Of a stretch of 64,000 bases of DNA, positions 54,364 to 64,000 are shown one piece after another; within the stretch, counting starts at the first letter, position 1, and every line of letters begins with the position of its first letter. The notes under the pieces were generated by a model. It was given only the letters and a program-made list of their open reading frames with translations. It was not told the DNA's origin and searched no databases. This stretch comes from an uncultured Actinomycetes bacterium. GTDB taxonomy: Bacteria; Actinomycetota; UBA4738; HRBIN12. The DNA is taken from NCBI GenBank assembly GCA_963794065.1, contig CAWCDA010000042.1, forward strand, positions 597 to 64,596, written 5' to 3'. A program made the translations under genes and the position numbers.

Positions 54364-55183
54364 ATGCGAACCGCGATCGTTCAGTTGAACGCCGGTGGGA
54401 GCGACGTCGACGGCAACGTCGACGTCGCGCTGCGGCTGGTGGGGGAGGCGGCGGATGGAGCCGCCGAGCTGGTGGTGTTGCCCGAACTGTTCGCCTACTA
54501 CGGCTCACAGCGGCGGATGCGCGAGCTGGCCGAGCCGCTCGGCGGACCGATCACGACCCGGCTGGCCGACACCGCGCGCGAGCGCTCGATCTGGTTGCTC
54601 GGCGGCTCGGTGTGCGAGCTCGCCGACGGCCATGTGTTCAATACGTCGTTCCTCTTCGACCGCACAGGCGAGGCGGTCGCGTCATATCGCAAGATCCACC
54701 GGTACGACGTCGACCTGCCGGGACAGCCGCCGATCCGAGAGTCCGCGTTGTTCGCCGCCGGCGAGGAGCTCGTCACGCAGCCGCGTCGGGTCGTTCCGGC
54801 TCGGCTTGTCGATCTGCTACGACCTCCGCTTCCCCGAGCTGTATCGCGGCCTGATGACCTCCGGGGCCAACGTGATCGCGGTCCCCTCCGCGTTCCAGCA
54901 GGTGACCGGCGAGGCCCATTGGGAGGTGCTGCTGCGCGCCCGTGCGATCGAGGAGCAGGCCTACGTGGTGGCGGCGGCGCAGTGGGGGCCTTGGGGGTCG
55001 GCCGACGCCGGACATCGCACCTACGGCAACGCGATGATCGTCGATCCGTGGGGGCGCGTGATCGTACGGGCGCCCGGCGATGGTGACGGCGTCTGGTTCG
55101 CGGATCTGGACAGCGACGTGGTGCGGTCTGTGCGTTCGACGCTTCCGGCGCTCGCCCACCGGCGGCTCGGAACAACCTGCTAG
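54364..55183 (+). pseudogene. Carbon-nitrogen hydrolase (nitrilase superfamily) with a +1 frameshift at about 54780-54805.
   Basis: The N-terminal part is in frame A (MRTAIVQLNAGG...ELVVLPELF...FNTSFLFDRTGEAVASYRKIHRY...AGEELVTQP). The conserved GLSICYDLRFPELYR...AVPSAF... continues in frame B. Both flanking frame extensions are junk. Confidence 0.7.
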
Positions 55184-55323
55184 CCCTCGGCCATCGGCCT
55201 GGGCGAGGGGCGGCACTCTATTCATCTTCCGTTGCCCCGTCGGCCACTGACGGACTTGCCAATAAAGGCCCGAAGCGGGTAAGCAATACGGTGTAGCAGC
55301 GCATTCGTCTGGGGGGGATCGGT

Positions 55324-57096
55324 TTGGCGGTTCGTATCGAGGACTACGGGCTGATCGGTGACCTCCATACGGCTGTCCTCGTGGGCACGAACGGTTCGAT
55401 CGACTGGGCGTGCTTCCCACGGTTCGACTCGAACGCCTGCTTCGCTTCGCTCCTCGGCACCGAGCACAACGGTTTCTGGCAGATCGCGCCGGAAGGGGAC
55501 GTCACGTCTGTTGAGCGGCGGTATCGGCCCGGCAGTCTCGTGCTCGAGACGGACTTCCACACGACCGACGGCGTCGTCCGGATCACCGACGCGATGCCGA
55601 TACGAGAGGATCATCCGCGGATCGTCCGTGTCGTCGAGGGGATCGAGGGCTCGGTGCCGATGCGGATGCGGATGCGTCCCCGCTTCGACTACGGCAAGAC
55701 GAAGCCGTGGCTCCGGATGCAGGACGGGAAGCTGATCGCGACAGCCGGACCAGATGCCCTAGAGCTCACTGCGGATGTCGATTTCCGAGAGCACGAGTTC
55801 CAGGCCGAGGCGTCGTTCACACCCAAGGTCGGTGAGCGGCTCGGCTTCGTGCTCACGCACCGCTTCTCCTGGCTCCCCTCACCGGATCCGGTTGATGCGG
55901 CCGCGACGATGGAAGCGACCGACGCCTGGTGGCGCGAGTGGTCCGGCCGTTCCACCTATTCCGGTGGCTGGGCCGATGAGGTACAACGCTCGTTGATCAC
56001 CCTGAAGGCATTGATCTACGCGCCGAGCGGTGGCATCGTCGCCGCGGCAACCACCTCGCTGCCCGAGTTCCTCGGCGGTGTACGCAATTGGGATTATCGG
56101 TACTGCTGGCTCCGTGACGCTGCCCTCACGCTTGGAGCGTTGATGGCGGCAGGCTATGTCGAGGAGGCGACCGCGTGGCGCGACTGGGTCATCCGCGCGG
56201 TCGCGGGCGATCCCGAGGACATCCAGATCATGTACGGCCTGGGCGGCGAGCGACGCCTCGACGAATATGAGCTCCCGCACCTCGCTGGGTACGAGGGGTC
56301 GGCGCCCGTGCGCGTCGGGAACGCGGCCTCGGGGCAGCTCCAGCTCGACGTCTATGGCGAGGTCATCGAAGCGATCTACCTCGCGCAGCAGCTCGGGATG
56401 CCAGCGACACGCCACGGCGAGGAGCTTGCGCGCCGGCTCCTTGTCTGGCTAGAGAAACATTGGCGAGATCCCGATGACGGCGTCTGGGAGGTCCGAGGCG
56501 GCCGCAAACAGTTCGTTCACTCCAAGGTCATGGTGTGGGTCGCCGTCGACCGCCTGGAGAAGATGGCCGAAACGTACGGTCTCACAGACATTTTGGAGCG
56601 TCTGCGCTCACTGCGCGACGCCATCCACGAAGAGATCTGTCGCGAAGGCTACGACAGCGAGCGCAACACCTTCACGCAGTACTACGGGTCGAAACAACTG
56701 GACGCGTCGCTGCTGCTGATCCCGATCATGGGGTTCCTGCCGCCGGACGATCCCCGATCGATCGGCACGGTGGAGGCCGTGCAGCGGGAACTCGTGAAGG
56801 ACGGATTCGTGATGCGCTACATCCCGGACGCGAACGCGGCCGACGGCCTTCCTCCGGGTGAGGGCGCGTTCCTCGCCTGCAGTTTCTGGCTCGTGAACGA
56901 TCTGGCGCTGATCGGGCGGCGCAAGGAAGCGGAGGCGTTGTTCGAACGTCTGCTGGCCTTACGGAACGACCTCGGCCTCTTCTCCGAGGAATACGACCAG
57001 CCACATAAGCAGCTGATCGGAAACATGCCCCAGGCGTTCACGCATCTGACACTGATCGCGAGCGCGATCGCGCTCTCGGCGAATCAGGACACGTGA
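55324..57096 (+). CDS. Glycoside hydrolase family 15 protein (glucoamylase/trehalase-like).
   Basis: 590 aa. N-terminal beta-sandwich plus (alpha/alpha)6 catalytic domain. LWLRDAA and similar GH15 regions. Close to the actinobacterial TreH type. Confidence 0.8.
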   Translation: MAVRIEDYGLIGDLHTAVLVGTNGSIDWACFPRFDSNACFASLLGTEHNGFWQIAPEGDVTSVERRYRPGSLVLETDFHTTDGVVRITDAMPIREDHPRIVRVVEGIEGSVPMRMRMRPRFDYGKTKPWLRMQDGKLIATAGPDALELTADVDFREHEFQAEASFTPKVGERLGFVLTHRFSWLPSPDPVDAAATMEATDAWWREWSGRSTYSGGWADEVQRSLITLKALIYAPSGGIVAAATTSLPEFLGGVRNWDYRYCWLRDAALTLGALMAAGYVEEATAWRDWVIRAVAGDPEDIQIMYGLGGERRLDEYELPHLAGYEGSAPVRVGNAASGQLQLDVYGEVIEAIYLAQQLGMPATRHGEELARRLLVWLEKHWRDPDDGVWEVRGGRKQFVHSKVMVWVAVDRLEKMAETYGLTDILERLRSLRDAIHEEICREGYDSERNTFTQYYGSKQLDASLLLIPIMGFLPPDDPRSIGTVEAVQRELVKDGFVMRYIPDANAADGLPPGEGAFLACSFWLVNDLALIGRRKEAEALFERLLALRNDLGLFSEEYDQPHKQLIGNMPQAFTHLTLIASAIALSANQDT

Positions 57097-58043
57097 GTCC
57101 TCTGGGGGACGTCGCAACTGTCGCGCCGCCATCAGGCGACCAGTTCGAGATTGGGCTCGGCGATCAATCCATCGTCGTCACCGAGGTTGGCGGGACCCTG
57201 CGCTCATACACAGCGGGCGGCAGGCGGGTGCTCGATGGGTTCGCGCGAGACGACATGTCATCCGCGGGGCGAGGCCAGATCCTCGCGCCCTGGCCGAACC
57301 GGCTCGAGGACGGGCGGTACACGTTCGAGGGACGGGCCGGAGATGCCGCGCTCAACGAACCGGAGGCGCACAACGCGATCCACGGACTCGTCCGATGGAT
57401 GCCTTGGCGCTTGGAGTCACGGTCGGATCACGCCGTGCGCCTTTCCATCGTCCTTCATCCGCAACCGGCGTATCCGTGGTGGCTCAACCTGGGCGTCCAG
57501 TACGAGCTCACACCCGGCGGTCTGTCGGTGACCCTCGAAGCGCGGAACGGATCGAGCGTTGCGGCACCGTTCGGTGTCGGATTCCATCCGTACCTGGCGC
57601 CCGGGACCGAATCGGTGAACGACGCGCTGCTCACGATCCCCGCTGATCGTTGGATCGCGTCCGATGATCGGGGGTTGCCCACCGGCGAGAACACGGTCGC
57701 CAAGGGCGACCTGGACTTCAGAACGCAACGCCCGATCGGACCGACGCAGCTCGACACCGCGTTCACGGGCCTCGCCCGGGGCGGCGACGGGCTGGCGGTC
57801 GTCACCCTGCGGAACGAGCGCTCGGGTGCATCGCGCTCCGTCTGGATGGACGAAGCGTTCAGCTATGTACAGGTCTATACCGGCGACACGCTCCAACCGG
57901 TGGAACGACGTCGTCGCGGCGTTGCGATCGAGCCTATGACGTGCCCGGCCAACGCGTTCCGGACCGGGACGGACATCATCCGGCTGGGGCCCGGCTCGAC
58001 ATGGGTGGGGCGTTGGGGCATCTCGGTCGAGGAGGGGGCGTGA
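57093..58043 (+). CDS. Aldose 1-epimerase family protein.
   Basis: GTG start overlapping the GH15 stop. 316 aa. Galactose mutarotase-like motifs (NAIHG, GFHPYL). Confidence 0.75.
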   Translation: MSPLGDVATVAPPSGDQFEIGLGDQSIVVTEVGGTLRSYTAGGRRVLDGFARDDMSSAGRGQILAPWPNRLEDGRYTFEGRAGDAALNEPEAHNAIHGLVRWMPWRLESRSDHAVRLSIVLHPQPAYPWWLNLGVQYELTPGGLSVTLEARNGSSVAAPFGVGFHPYLAPGTESVNDALLTIPADRWIASDDRGLPTGENTVAKGDLDFRTQRPIGPTQLDTAFTGLARGGDGLAVVTLRNERSGASRSVWMDEAFSYVQVYTGDTLQPVERRRRGVAIEPMTCPANAFRTGTDIIRLGPGSTWVGRWGISVEEGA

Positions 58044-59326
58044 TGGTGGAGCAGGCGCACGTCATCGTCGTCGGGGGCGGGTTCGCTGGGCTCGGGTGTG
58101 TGCACGAGCTGGCGAAGCACCCGCACCACGCCCGGGTCACGTTGATCGACCGGCACGATTATCACCAGTTCCTGCCGCTGCTCTACCAAGTGGCGACCTT
58201 CGAGTTGGCCAGCGGCGACGTGGCGGTCGATCTGTCCGAGCTCTATCGACGGCGCGATTCGATCGATGTGCTCCGGGCGGATGTGACCGCGGCCGATCCA
58301 GATGGCCGCTCGGTGACGCTCGAGGACGGCCGAACGATCGACGGCGACTACCTGGTATTGGCGGCCGGAAGCCAAGCGAACTTCTTCGGCACGCCAGGCA
58401 CCGAGCACGTCTTCCCTCTCTACTCCCTCGACGATGCGCGGCGGCTCCGGACGAGGGTATTGGACGCGTTCGAAGAGGCCGAGCGTGATCCCTCGACGAT
58501 CGAGGCGGGCGGTCTGACCTTCGTGGTCGTCGGCGCGGGAGCCACCGGGACGGAGGTCTCGGGCGCCCTCGCCGATCTGATCCGCGACGTCATGCCGTCG
58601 CGGTTCCACGACCTGGCACTGAACCAGGCGAAAGTCATCATCGTCGACGCCGGGAACGCCGTGCTCGGTCCCTTCTCGCCGAAGGCCCACGACTACGCCT
58701 CGAAGGTGCTCACCGAGCGGGGCGTCGAGATCCGGCTCGGCACCAAGGTCGCAGAGGTCGCCGAGAACCACGTCGTGCTGTCCGACGGTGACACGATCGC
58801 CACTCGCTGTGTGATCTGGGGCGGCGGGATCGAGGCCGCGCCGCTCGCACACGCCGTCGGGCTGAAGCAAGGGCGCGGCGGGCGGATCGACGTTCGAGAG
58901 GATCTGACCGTTGAGGATCATCCACGGGTCTTCGTCGTCGGCGACCTCGCGAACATCCCCGGCCCGGACGGGCGGGCGTTCCCACAACTGGGATCGGTCG
59001 CGCTGCAGGCGGGGCATCGGGCGGCGGAGAACATCCTTCACGATGTCGACGGCGATCCGATGCAGCCGTTCGCCTACCACGACAAGGGGATCATGGCGAT
59101 GATCGGACATAACGCCGCAATCGCCGAGATGGGCGAGCACCGGCACGAGCTGCACGGCGCGGTCGGGTATGCGGCATGGCTCGGGGTCCATGCGTACCTG
59201 ATGGGTATCACGCGGCAGCGCAGGGACGCCTTCGTCGACTGGGCATGGGACGAGTTCGGCAAGAGCCGCGTGCTCGACACATCAGACGATGCCAGATTGC
59301 ACTGGGAGGGATACACCGATGCCTGA
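58043..59326 (+). CDS. ndh: Type II NADH:quinone oxidoreductase (NDH-2).
   Basis: ATG 58043. Two dinucleotide-binding GxGxxG motifs (VVGGGFAG, VVVGAGATG). 427 aa. Confidence 0.8.
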   Translation: MVEQAHVIVVGGGFAGLGCVHELAKHPHHARVTLIDRHDYHQFLPLLYQVATFELASGDVAVDLSELYRRRDSIDVLRADVTAADPDGRSVTLEDGRTIDGDYLVLAAGSQANFFGTPGTEHVFPLYSLDDARRLRTRVLDAFEEAERDPSTIEAGGLTFVVVGAGATGTEVSGALADLIRDVMPSRFHDLALNQAKVIIVDAGNAVLGPFSPKAHDYASKVLTERGVEIRLGTKVAEVAENHVVLSDGDTIATRCVIWGGGIEAAPLAHAVGLKQGRGGRIDVREDLTVEDHPRVFVVGDLANIPGPDGRAFPQLGSVALQAGHRAAENILHDVDGDPMQPFAYHDKGIMAMIGHNAAIAEMGEHRHELHGAVGYAAWLGVHAYLMGITRQRRDAFVDWAWDEFGKSRVLDTSDDARLHWEGYTDA

Positions 59327-60872
59327 GCGATACGACGTCATCATCATCGGGACCGGCGCGGGGGGTGGCACGCTGGCCAACACGTTGGCTCCGACCGGCA
59401 AGAGGATCCTGTTGCTCGAGCGCGGAGACTTCCTGCCGCGCGAGCGAGAGAACTGGGAGCCCGATCCTGTCTTCATCCAGGGGCGCTACATCTCGAAGGA
59501 CACGTGGTACGACGCCGACGGCAAGCCTTTCCAGCCGCAGGTGCATTACTACGTCGGCGGAGCGACCAAGATGTACGGTGCGGCGTTGTATCGACTGCGC
59601 CCGCAGGATTTCGGCGAGCTCAAACACGTGGACGGCATCTCGCCCGCGTGGCCGCTCACCTACGACGATTTCGAGCCCTACTACACCAAGGCCGAGTGGC
59701 TGTATCAGGTGCACGGCAACCATGGCGAGGATCCGATCGAGGGACATTGGAGCAAGCAGTACCCCTGGCCCGCTCTGTCGCACGAGCCTCGGATCCAACA
59801 GCTGTCCGACGATCTCGCAGGCGCCGGATACCAGCCGTTCCATGCGCCGTGCGGGGTCCAGCTCGACGAGGCAGATCGCAACCGAAGCACGTGTATCCGA
59901 TGCACATGGTGCGACGGCTATCCCTGTCTCGTTCACGCGAAGTCCGACGCAGACGTCCTTGCGGTGCGACCGGCGATCGCTCACGACAACGTGACGCTGC
60001 TCGTGAACACCGAAGTGGTGAAGCTCGAGACCGACCCATCAGGTAGATCGGTCACCGGCATGGTTGTGTCTCGAGACGGCGACACGGAGACCTATGCCGC
60101 CGACATCGTCGTCGTGTCAGCCGGCGCCTCGAACAGCGCGAAGATCCTGCTCGCCTCTACGAACGACCAGCACCCCAATGGCCTCGCCAACGGCTCCGAC
60201 CAGGTCGGCCGCAACTACATGTTCCACAACAGCAAGGCGGTCGTGGCACTGTCGAAGGAGCCGAACGACACGGTCTTCCAGAAGACCCTCGCCGTGAACG
60301 ACTTCTACTTCGGTGCACCTGACTACGACTTCCCGGTCGGTCAGATCCAGATGGTCGGCAAGTCGAACGCCGAGGCGATGAAGGGGGAGGAGCCTGCGCT
60401 CACGAAGCTCGCTCCCCACTGGAGCCTCGCGGAGACCGCGCGTCACGTCGTGGACTTCTGGCTCACGACGGAGGACCTGCCGAAGCCCGAGAACCGCGTC
60501 ACGCTTGACGGCGACGGTGCCGTCCACCTGTCATACAAGATGACGAACGACGAGGAGGCCGACAGGCTGTATCACGAGCTCAAGACGCTTCTCAATCACG
60601 CGGGTATGGCCGATCATCACGTGCTTTCGAAGAACTTCTACATGCACATGAGCATCCCGATCGCTGGTGTGGCGCACCAGGTCGGGACATGCCGGTTCGG
60701 CAACGATCCTGCAACATCGGTGCTCGATGCGAACTGCAAGGCCCACGAGCTCGACAACCTGTACGTCGTGGACACCAGCTTCTTCCCCAGTATCGGAGCC
60801 GTGAACCCGGCGCTCACCGCCATGGCGAACGCGATACGGGTAGGCGAGCACCTGACGGAGCGTCTCGGGTAG
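59319..60872 (+). CDS. GMC-family FAD-dependent oxidoreductase.
   Basis: ATG 59319 preceded by GGGAGGG. IIGTGAGGG FAD motif. C-terminal GMC signature region (HQVGTCRFG). 517 aa. Confidence 0.8.
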   Translation: MPERYDVIIIGTGAGGGTLANTLAPTGKRILLLERGDFLPRERENWEPDPVFIQGRYISKDTWYDADGKPFQPQVHYYVGGATKMYGAALYRLRPQDFGELKHVDGISPAWPLTYDDFEPYYTKAEWLYQVHGNHGEDPIEGHWSKQYPWPALSHEPRIQQLSDDLAGAGYQPFHAPCGVQLDEADRNRSTCIRCTWCDGYPCLVHAKSDADVLAVRPAIAHDNVTLLVNTEVVKLETDPSGRSVTGMVVSRDGDTETYAADIVVVSAGASNSAKILLASTNDQHPNGLANGSDQVGRNYMFHNSKAVVALSKEPNDTVFQKTLAVNDFYFGAPDYDFPVGQIQMVGKSNAEAMKGEEPALTKLAPHWSLAETARHVVDFWLTTEDLPKPENRVTLDGDGAVHLSYKMTNDEEADRLYHELKTLLNHAGMADHHVLSKNFYMHMSIPIAGVAHQVGTCRFGNDPATSVLDANCKAHELDNLYVVDTSFFPSIGAVNPALTAMANAIRVGEHLTERLG

Positions 60873-60897
60873 GGGTCGGCTGAGAGGAGGAGACGGC

Positions 60898-61665
60898 ATG
60901 GACCTGAAGGGCAAGTCGGCGATCGTCACCGGAGGAAACAGCGGGATCGGCATGGCGGTCGTGCTCGCGCTCGCCGAGGCGGGGGCGAACATCTGTATCG
61001 ACTACGTGGCGAACGAGGAGGCCACGGAGGACCTCGAGAAGAAGATCGTCGCGCTCGGGGACCAGGCGATCGGCGTCGACGCCGATGTCAGCAAGATAGA
61101 AGACCTGCAGATGATGATCGACAAGACGGTGAAGGCGTTCGGCCGCCTCGACATCATGGTGAACAACGCGGGTGTCGAGACCCGGAGCTCCGTGCTCGAC
61201 ACGACGGAGAAGCAGTATGACTTCGTGCTGAACGTCAACCTGAAGAGCGCGTTCTTCGGCACGCAGCTTGCCGCCAAGCAGATGATCGCCCAGGGCGGCG
61301 GCGGCCGGATCATCAACATCACGTCGGTTCACGAGGACTGGCCGATGCCCGGCAACACGGCGTACTGCTTGTCCAAGGGTGGCATGCGGATGCTCACGCG
61401 CACGGCGGGCGTCGAGCTGGCGCCCCACAACATCACGGTGGTCGGCGTCGGACCCGGTGCGGTCGACACGCCCATCAATAAGCAAACGGAGGACGACCCC
61501 GTCGCGTTGAAGAAGCTGGACGATGCGATCCCGCTCGGACGGATGGCTGATCCCAGCGAGATCGGCAGCGTGGTGGCGTTCCTCGCGAGCGATGGCGCGA
61601 GCTATGTGACCGCGACGACGGTGTTCGCCGACGGGGGGATCATGCAGGGCAGCCCGGGGTTGTGA
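60898..61665 (+). CDS. SDR-family oxidoreductase (glucose 1-dehydrogenase-like).
   Basis: TGGNSGIG cofactor motif. NNAG. Catalytic YCLSK. 255 aa. Confidence 0.85.
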   Translation: MDLKGKSAIVTGGNSGIGMAVVLALAEAGANICIDYVANEEATEDLEKKIVALGDQAIGVDADVSKIEDLQMMIDKTVKAFGRLDIMVNNAGVETRSSVLDTTEKQYDFVLNVNLKSAFFGTQLAAKQMIAQGGGGRIINITSVHEDWPMPGNTAYCLSKGGMRMLTRTAGVELAPHNITVVGVGPGAVDTPINKQTEDDPVALKKLDDAIPLGRMADPSEIGSVVAFLASDGASYVTATTVFADGGIMQGSPGL

Positions 61666-61681
61666 CTCGGGCGGTCTGGTC

Positions 61682-63085
61682 ATGACTGATCACAGCCTCC
61701 TGCTGGCGGTCGATCCGGTGCCGTGGGCTCGCGCCCAGATGGCGTTCACGCTCGCGTTTCACATCATCTTGGTGCCCCTGGGCGTCTCGTGGGCGTTCAT
61801 GTCACTGATCGCGAACTATCGGGGTATCAAGCGGAACGATAGGGCCGCGATGGTCCTGGCGGAACGGTGGTCCAAGTACATGGCGGTGACCTTCGCCGTG
61901 GGCGCGGTCACCGGTACGGTCCTGAGTTTCGAGTTCGGCTTGCTCTGGCCACGGTTCATGGGCCAGTGGGGCGACGTGTTCGGCATCCCGTTCGCGTTCG
62001 AGGGGGTGTTCTTCTTCTTGGAGGCGATCTTCATCTCGATCTACATCTATGGATGGCGTCGCCTCAAGCCTTGGACCCACTTCCTGACCGGGATCCCGGT
62101 GGTGCTCACGGGGATCCTCGGCGCCGCGTCGGTCGTCGCGGCGAACGCCTGGATGAACACGCCCTCGGGGTTCACCGTCGATAGTGCGGGTCAGATCACG
62201 AAGGTCGATCCCGTCGCCGTCATCTTCAACCCCTCGTTCCCGCTGCAGGCGGTCCACATGATCCTCGCCGCGTACGTGGTCGGCGGGTTCCTGATCGCGT
62301 CGGTCTATGCCGCCGGGATGCTCCGCGGACGGCGCGACGGTTACCACCGGCGCGGATTCATCATCGCGTTCACCGTCGCCGCCATCTCGATGCCGATCCA
62401 GATGAAGGTCGGGGACTCCCTCGCGCGCTGGGTGTACAACAATCAACCGATCAAGTTCGCCGCCATCGAGCTCGTCCCGAGCACCGCGAGCGATGTGCCT
62501 GAGACGTTGCTCGGTCATCTGAACGCAGACGGCACGATCGTCGGCGGCATCCCGATCCCGGGGCTCGCCTCGTGGCTCTCGGATCCGAGCTCGGGTACGG
62601 CCACCGTCATCGAAGGGCTGAACACCGTGCCCACCGACCAAGAGCCGACCATCCCGCAGGTGAACATCGTGCATCTGGCCTGGGACGTCATGGTGGGCTT
62701 CGGCTCGCTGTTGCTTCTTCTCTCGGCTTGGTACGCGATCGCGTGGCTGTTCCGACGAGACATGCCGACGGGTCGCTGGTTCCTCCGGCTCGCGGCCTCC
62801 GCCGGCATCCTTGCCGTGATCACGATGGAGGCGGGCTGGGTGGTGACGGAGGTCGGTCGTCAACCATGGATCGTGTACAACCTCATGAAGGTCCAGGACG
62901 CAGCCACGGGCAACACGGGCGTGTGGATCACGTTCCTCACGGTGGTCGCGATCTATGTCGCGCTCGGGATCACCACGATCGCCGTCCTGCGCGCGATGAG
63001 CCGACGCTTCCGAGACAACGAAGATCAGGGCGTTCCGTACGGACCGAGGGAACGCCTCAGAGCTCCTGCAGGCAAGGTGCCATGA
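61682..63085 (+). CDS. cydA: Cytochrome bd ubiquinol oxidase subunit I.
   Basis: 467 aa. Q-loop and haem-ligand helices. GRQPW motif (VGRQPWIVYNLMKV). Confidence 0.9.
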   Translation: MTDHSLLLAVDPVPWARAQMAFTLAFHIILVPLGVSWAFMSLIANYRGIKRNDRAAMVLAERWSKYMAVTFAVGAVTGTVLSFEFGLLWPRFMGQWGDVFGIPFAFEGVFFFLEAIFISIYIYGWRRLKPWTHFLTGIPVVLTGILGAASVVAANAWMNTPSGFTVDSAGQITKVDPVAVIFNPSFPLQAVHMILAAYVVGGFLIASVYAAGMLRGRRDGYHRRGFIIAFTVAAISMPIQMKVGDSLARWVYNNQPIKFAAIELVPSTASDVPETLLGHLNADGTIVGGIPIPGLASWLSDPSSGTATVIEGLNTVPTDQEPTIPQVNIVHLAWDVMVGFGSLLLLLSAWYAIAWLFRRDMPTGRWFLRLAASAGILAVITMEAGWVVTEVGRQPWIVYNLMKVQDAATGNTGVWITFLTVVAIYVALGITTIAVLRAMSRRFRDNEDQGVPYGPRERLRAPAGKVP

Positions 63086-64000
63086 GCTCGGCCGCCGCGG
63101 TCGTCCTTTTCATCGGCGTGCTCGCGTACGCATTGTTCGGAGGAGCCGATTTCGGGGCCGGCTTCTGGGACCTCGCGGCGGGTGGAACCGACCGCGGCGC
63201 ACGCCCTCGGGAGCTCATCGATCACTCGATCGGGCCGGTCTGGGAGGCAAACCACGTCTGGCTGATCTTCATCTTCGTCGTGCTCTGGACATGCTTCCCG
63301 GAGGCATACGCATCGATCACGTTGACGCTCTTCGTCCCCCTCACGCTCGCCGCGTTCGGCATCGTCCTGCGGGGATCGGGCTTCGCGTTCCGCAAGGTGG
63401 TGCTCCGCACGAGTTACCGGCGCCTGTTCGGCGCATCGTTCGCGATCTCCTCGGTGCTCGTGCCGTACTGCCTGGGTGCGGTGATCGGGGGGGTCGCGTC
63501 GGGGCGGGTCCCAGCAGGAGGACAGGCGGGCGATCCGTGGTCGAGCTGGGTCAACCCGACGTCGATCCTCGTGGGGTTGTTCGCCGTGACGGTGGCTGCA
63601 TACCTGGCTTCCGTGTATCTGGTGTGGGATGCGAGGCGAATCGGTGACGACGGCATGGTCACGTACTTCCGACGTCGCGCCGTGACGGCGGCGGTCGTAA
63701 CGGGGGTCGTCTCGTTCGCCGGCATCTTCGTGCTGCGGAGCGACGCGCGCTATCTCTTCGACGGACTGACCTCTCGCGCCCTACCGATCGTCATCCTTTC
63801 GGCGATCCTGGGGACGGCGTCTCTCATACTCCTCATGGGTCACGTACACCGACTGGTTCGGTTCGTGGCGGCCGGCGCGGTCATCGCCGTCCTCGTCGCG
63901 TGGGGAGTCGCACAGTGGGACTACATGCTGCCGGAGAGCTTGACGATCTCTCAGGCTGCGGCGACGAGCGGAACGATCACGGCGGTGCTCGCAGCCGTTG
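63082..64000 (+). CDS. cydB: Cytochrome bd ubiquinol oxidase subunit II, 3'-truncated by the window edge.
   Basis: The ATG at 63082 overlaps the cydA stop (ATGA). Hydrophobic CydB-like sequence with no stop before position 64000. Confidence 0.8.
   Translation, partial: MSSAAAVVLFIGVLAYALFGGADFGAGFWDLAAGGTDRGARPRELIDHSIGPVWEANHVWLIFIFVVLWTCFPEAYASITLTLFVPLTLAAFGIVLRGSGFAFRKVVLRTSYRRLFGASFAISSVLVPYCLGAVIGGVASGRVPAGGQAGDPWSSWVNPTSILVGLFAVTVAAYLASVYLVWDARRIGDDGMVTYFRRRAVTAAVVTGVVSFAGIFVLRSDARYLFDGLTSRALPIVILSAILGTASLILLMGHVHRLVRFVAAGAVIAVLVAWGVAQWDYMLPESLTISQAAATSGTITAVLAAV

Noticed and set aside
1-64000. CRISPR arrays, IS elements, transposases, integrases, prophage genes
   Set aside because: No regularly spaced short direct repeats, and no DDE/tyrosine-recombinase-like ORFs, were seen in any frame.

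Overview
This window is a high-GC (about 70%) actinobacterial-type chromosomal segment, densely packed with roughly 65 genes on both strands. I found no IS element, integrase or CRISPR array. Most of the content is housekeeping. The window opens with a cell-wall and stress block (PBP4-type D,D-carboxypeptidase, VWA protein, LURP-one/SHOCT/DUF6325 small proteins, glutamate decarboxylase, K+ channel, YbaK deacylase). Histidine utilisation genes hutU and hutI follow. The tail of the window carries rlmN, tldD/pmbA, uppP, mtnP, galU, moeA, moaC, tRNA-Ala(CGC), assorted hydrolases and oxidoreductases (GH15 trehalase-like, aldose epimerase, NDH-2, GMC, SDR), and cydAB at the 3' edge. Five accessory regions stand out. 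(1) 13.0-16.0 kb: a minus-strand run of OsmC, a stand-alone FEN-type 5'-3' exonuclease, a McrB-family AAA+ GTPase, and an overlapping 181-aa Arg-rich partner that lacks any recognisable McrC nuclease domain. This is a candidate non-canonical or degenerate modification-dependent restriction-like system. (2) 17.9-21.4 kb: a GT4-GH130 fusion protein (800 aa) next to an (alpha/alpha)6-barrel epimerase/hydrolase-like protein. (3) 22.5-27.7 kb: a non-pyrrolysine MttB-family corrinoid methyltransferase operon (MtrH-like, RACo, DUF1638, MttB, DUF1801) with no corrinoid-binding protein gene. The RACo activator is split by a frameshift in a G6 homopolymer, and a 198-nt leader precedes the operon. (4) 27.9-38.8 kb: a cell-envelope locus with two paralogous GT-C-type membrane glycosyltransferases, an ABC-F ATPase, an ABC ATPase, a DMT exporter, an acyltransferase-3 and large polytopic membrane proteins. 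(5) Three genes disrupted by frameshifts (TauE/SafE, RACo, nitrilase-family hydrolase), which raises either pseudogenisation or indel errors in the assembly. Coordinates taken from by-eye reading of the sequence may be off by 1-2 nt.
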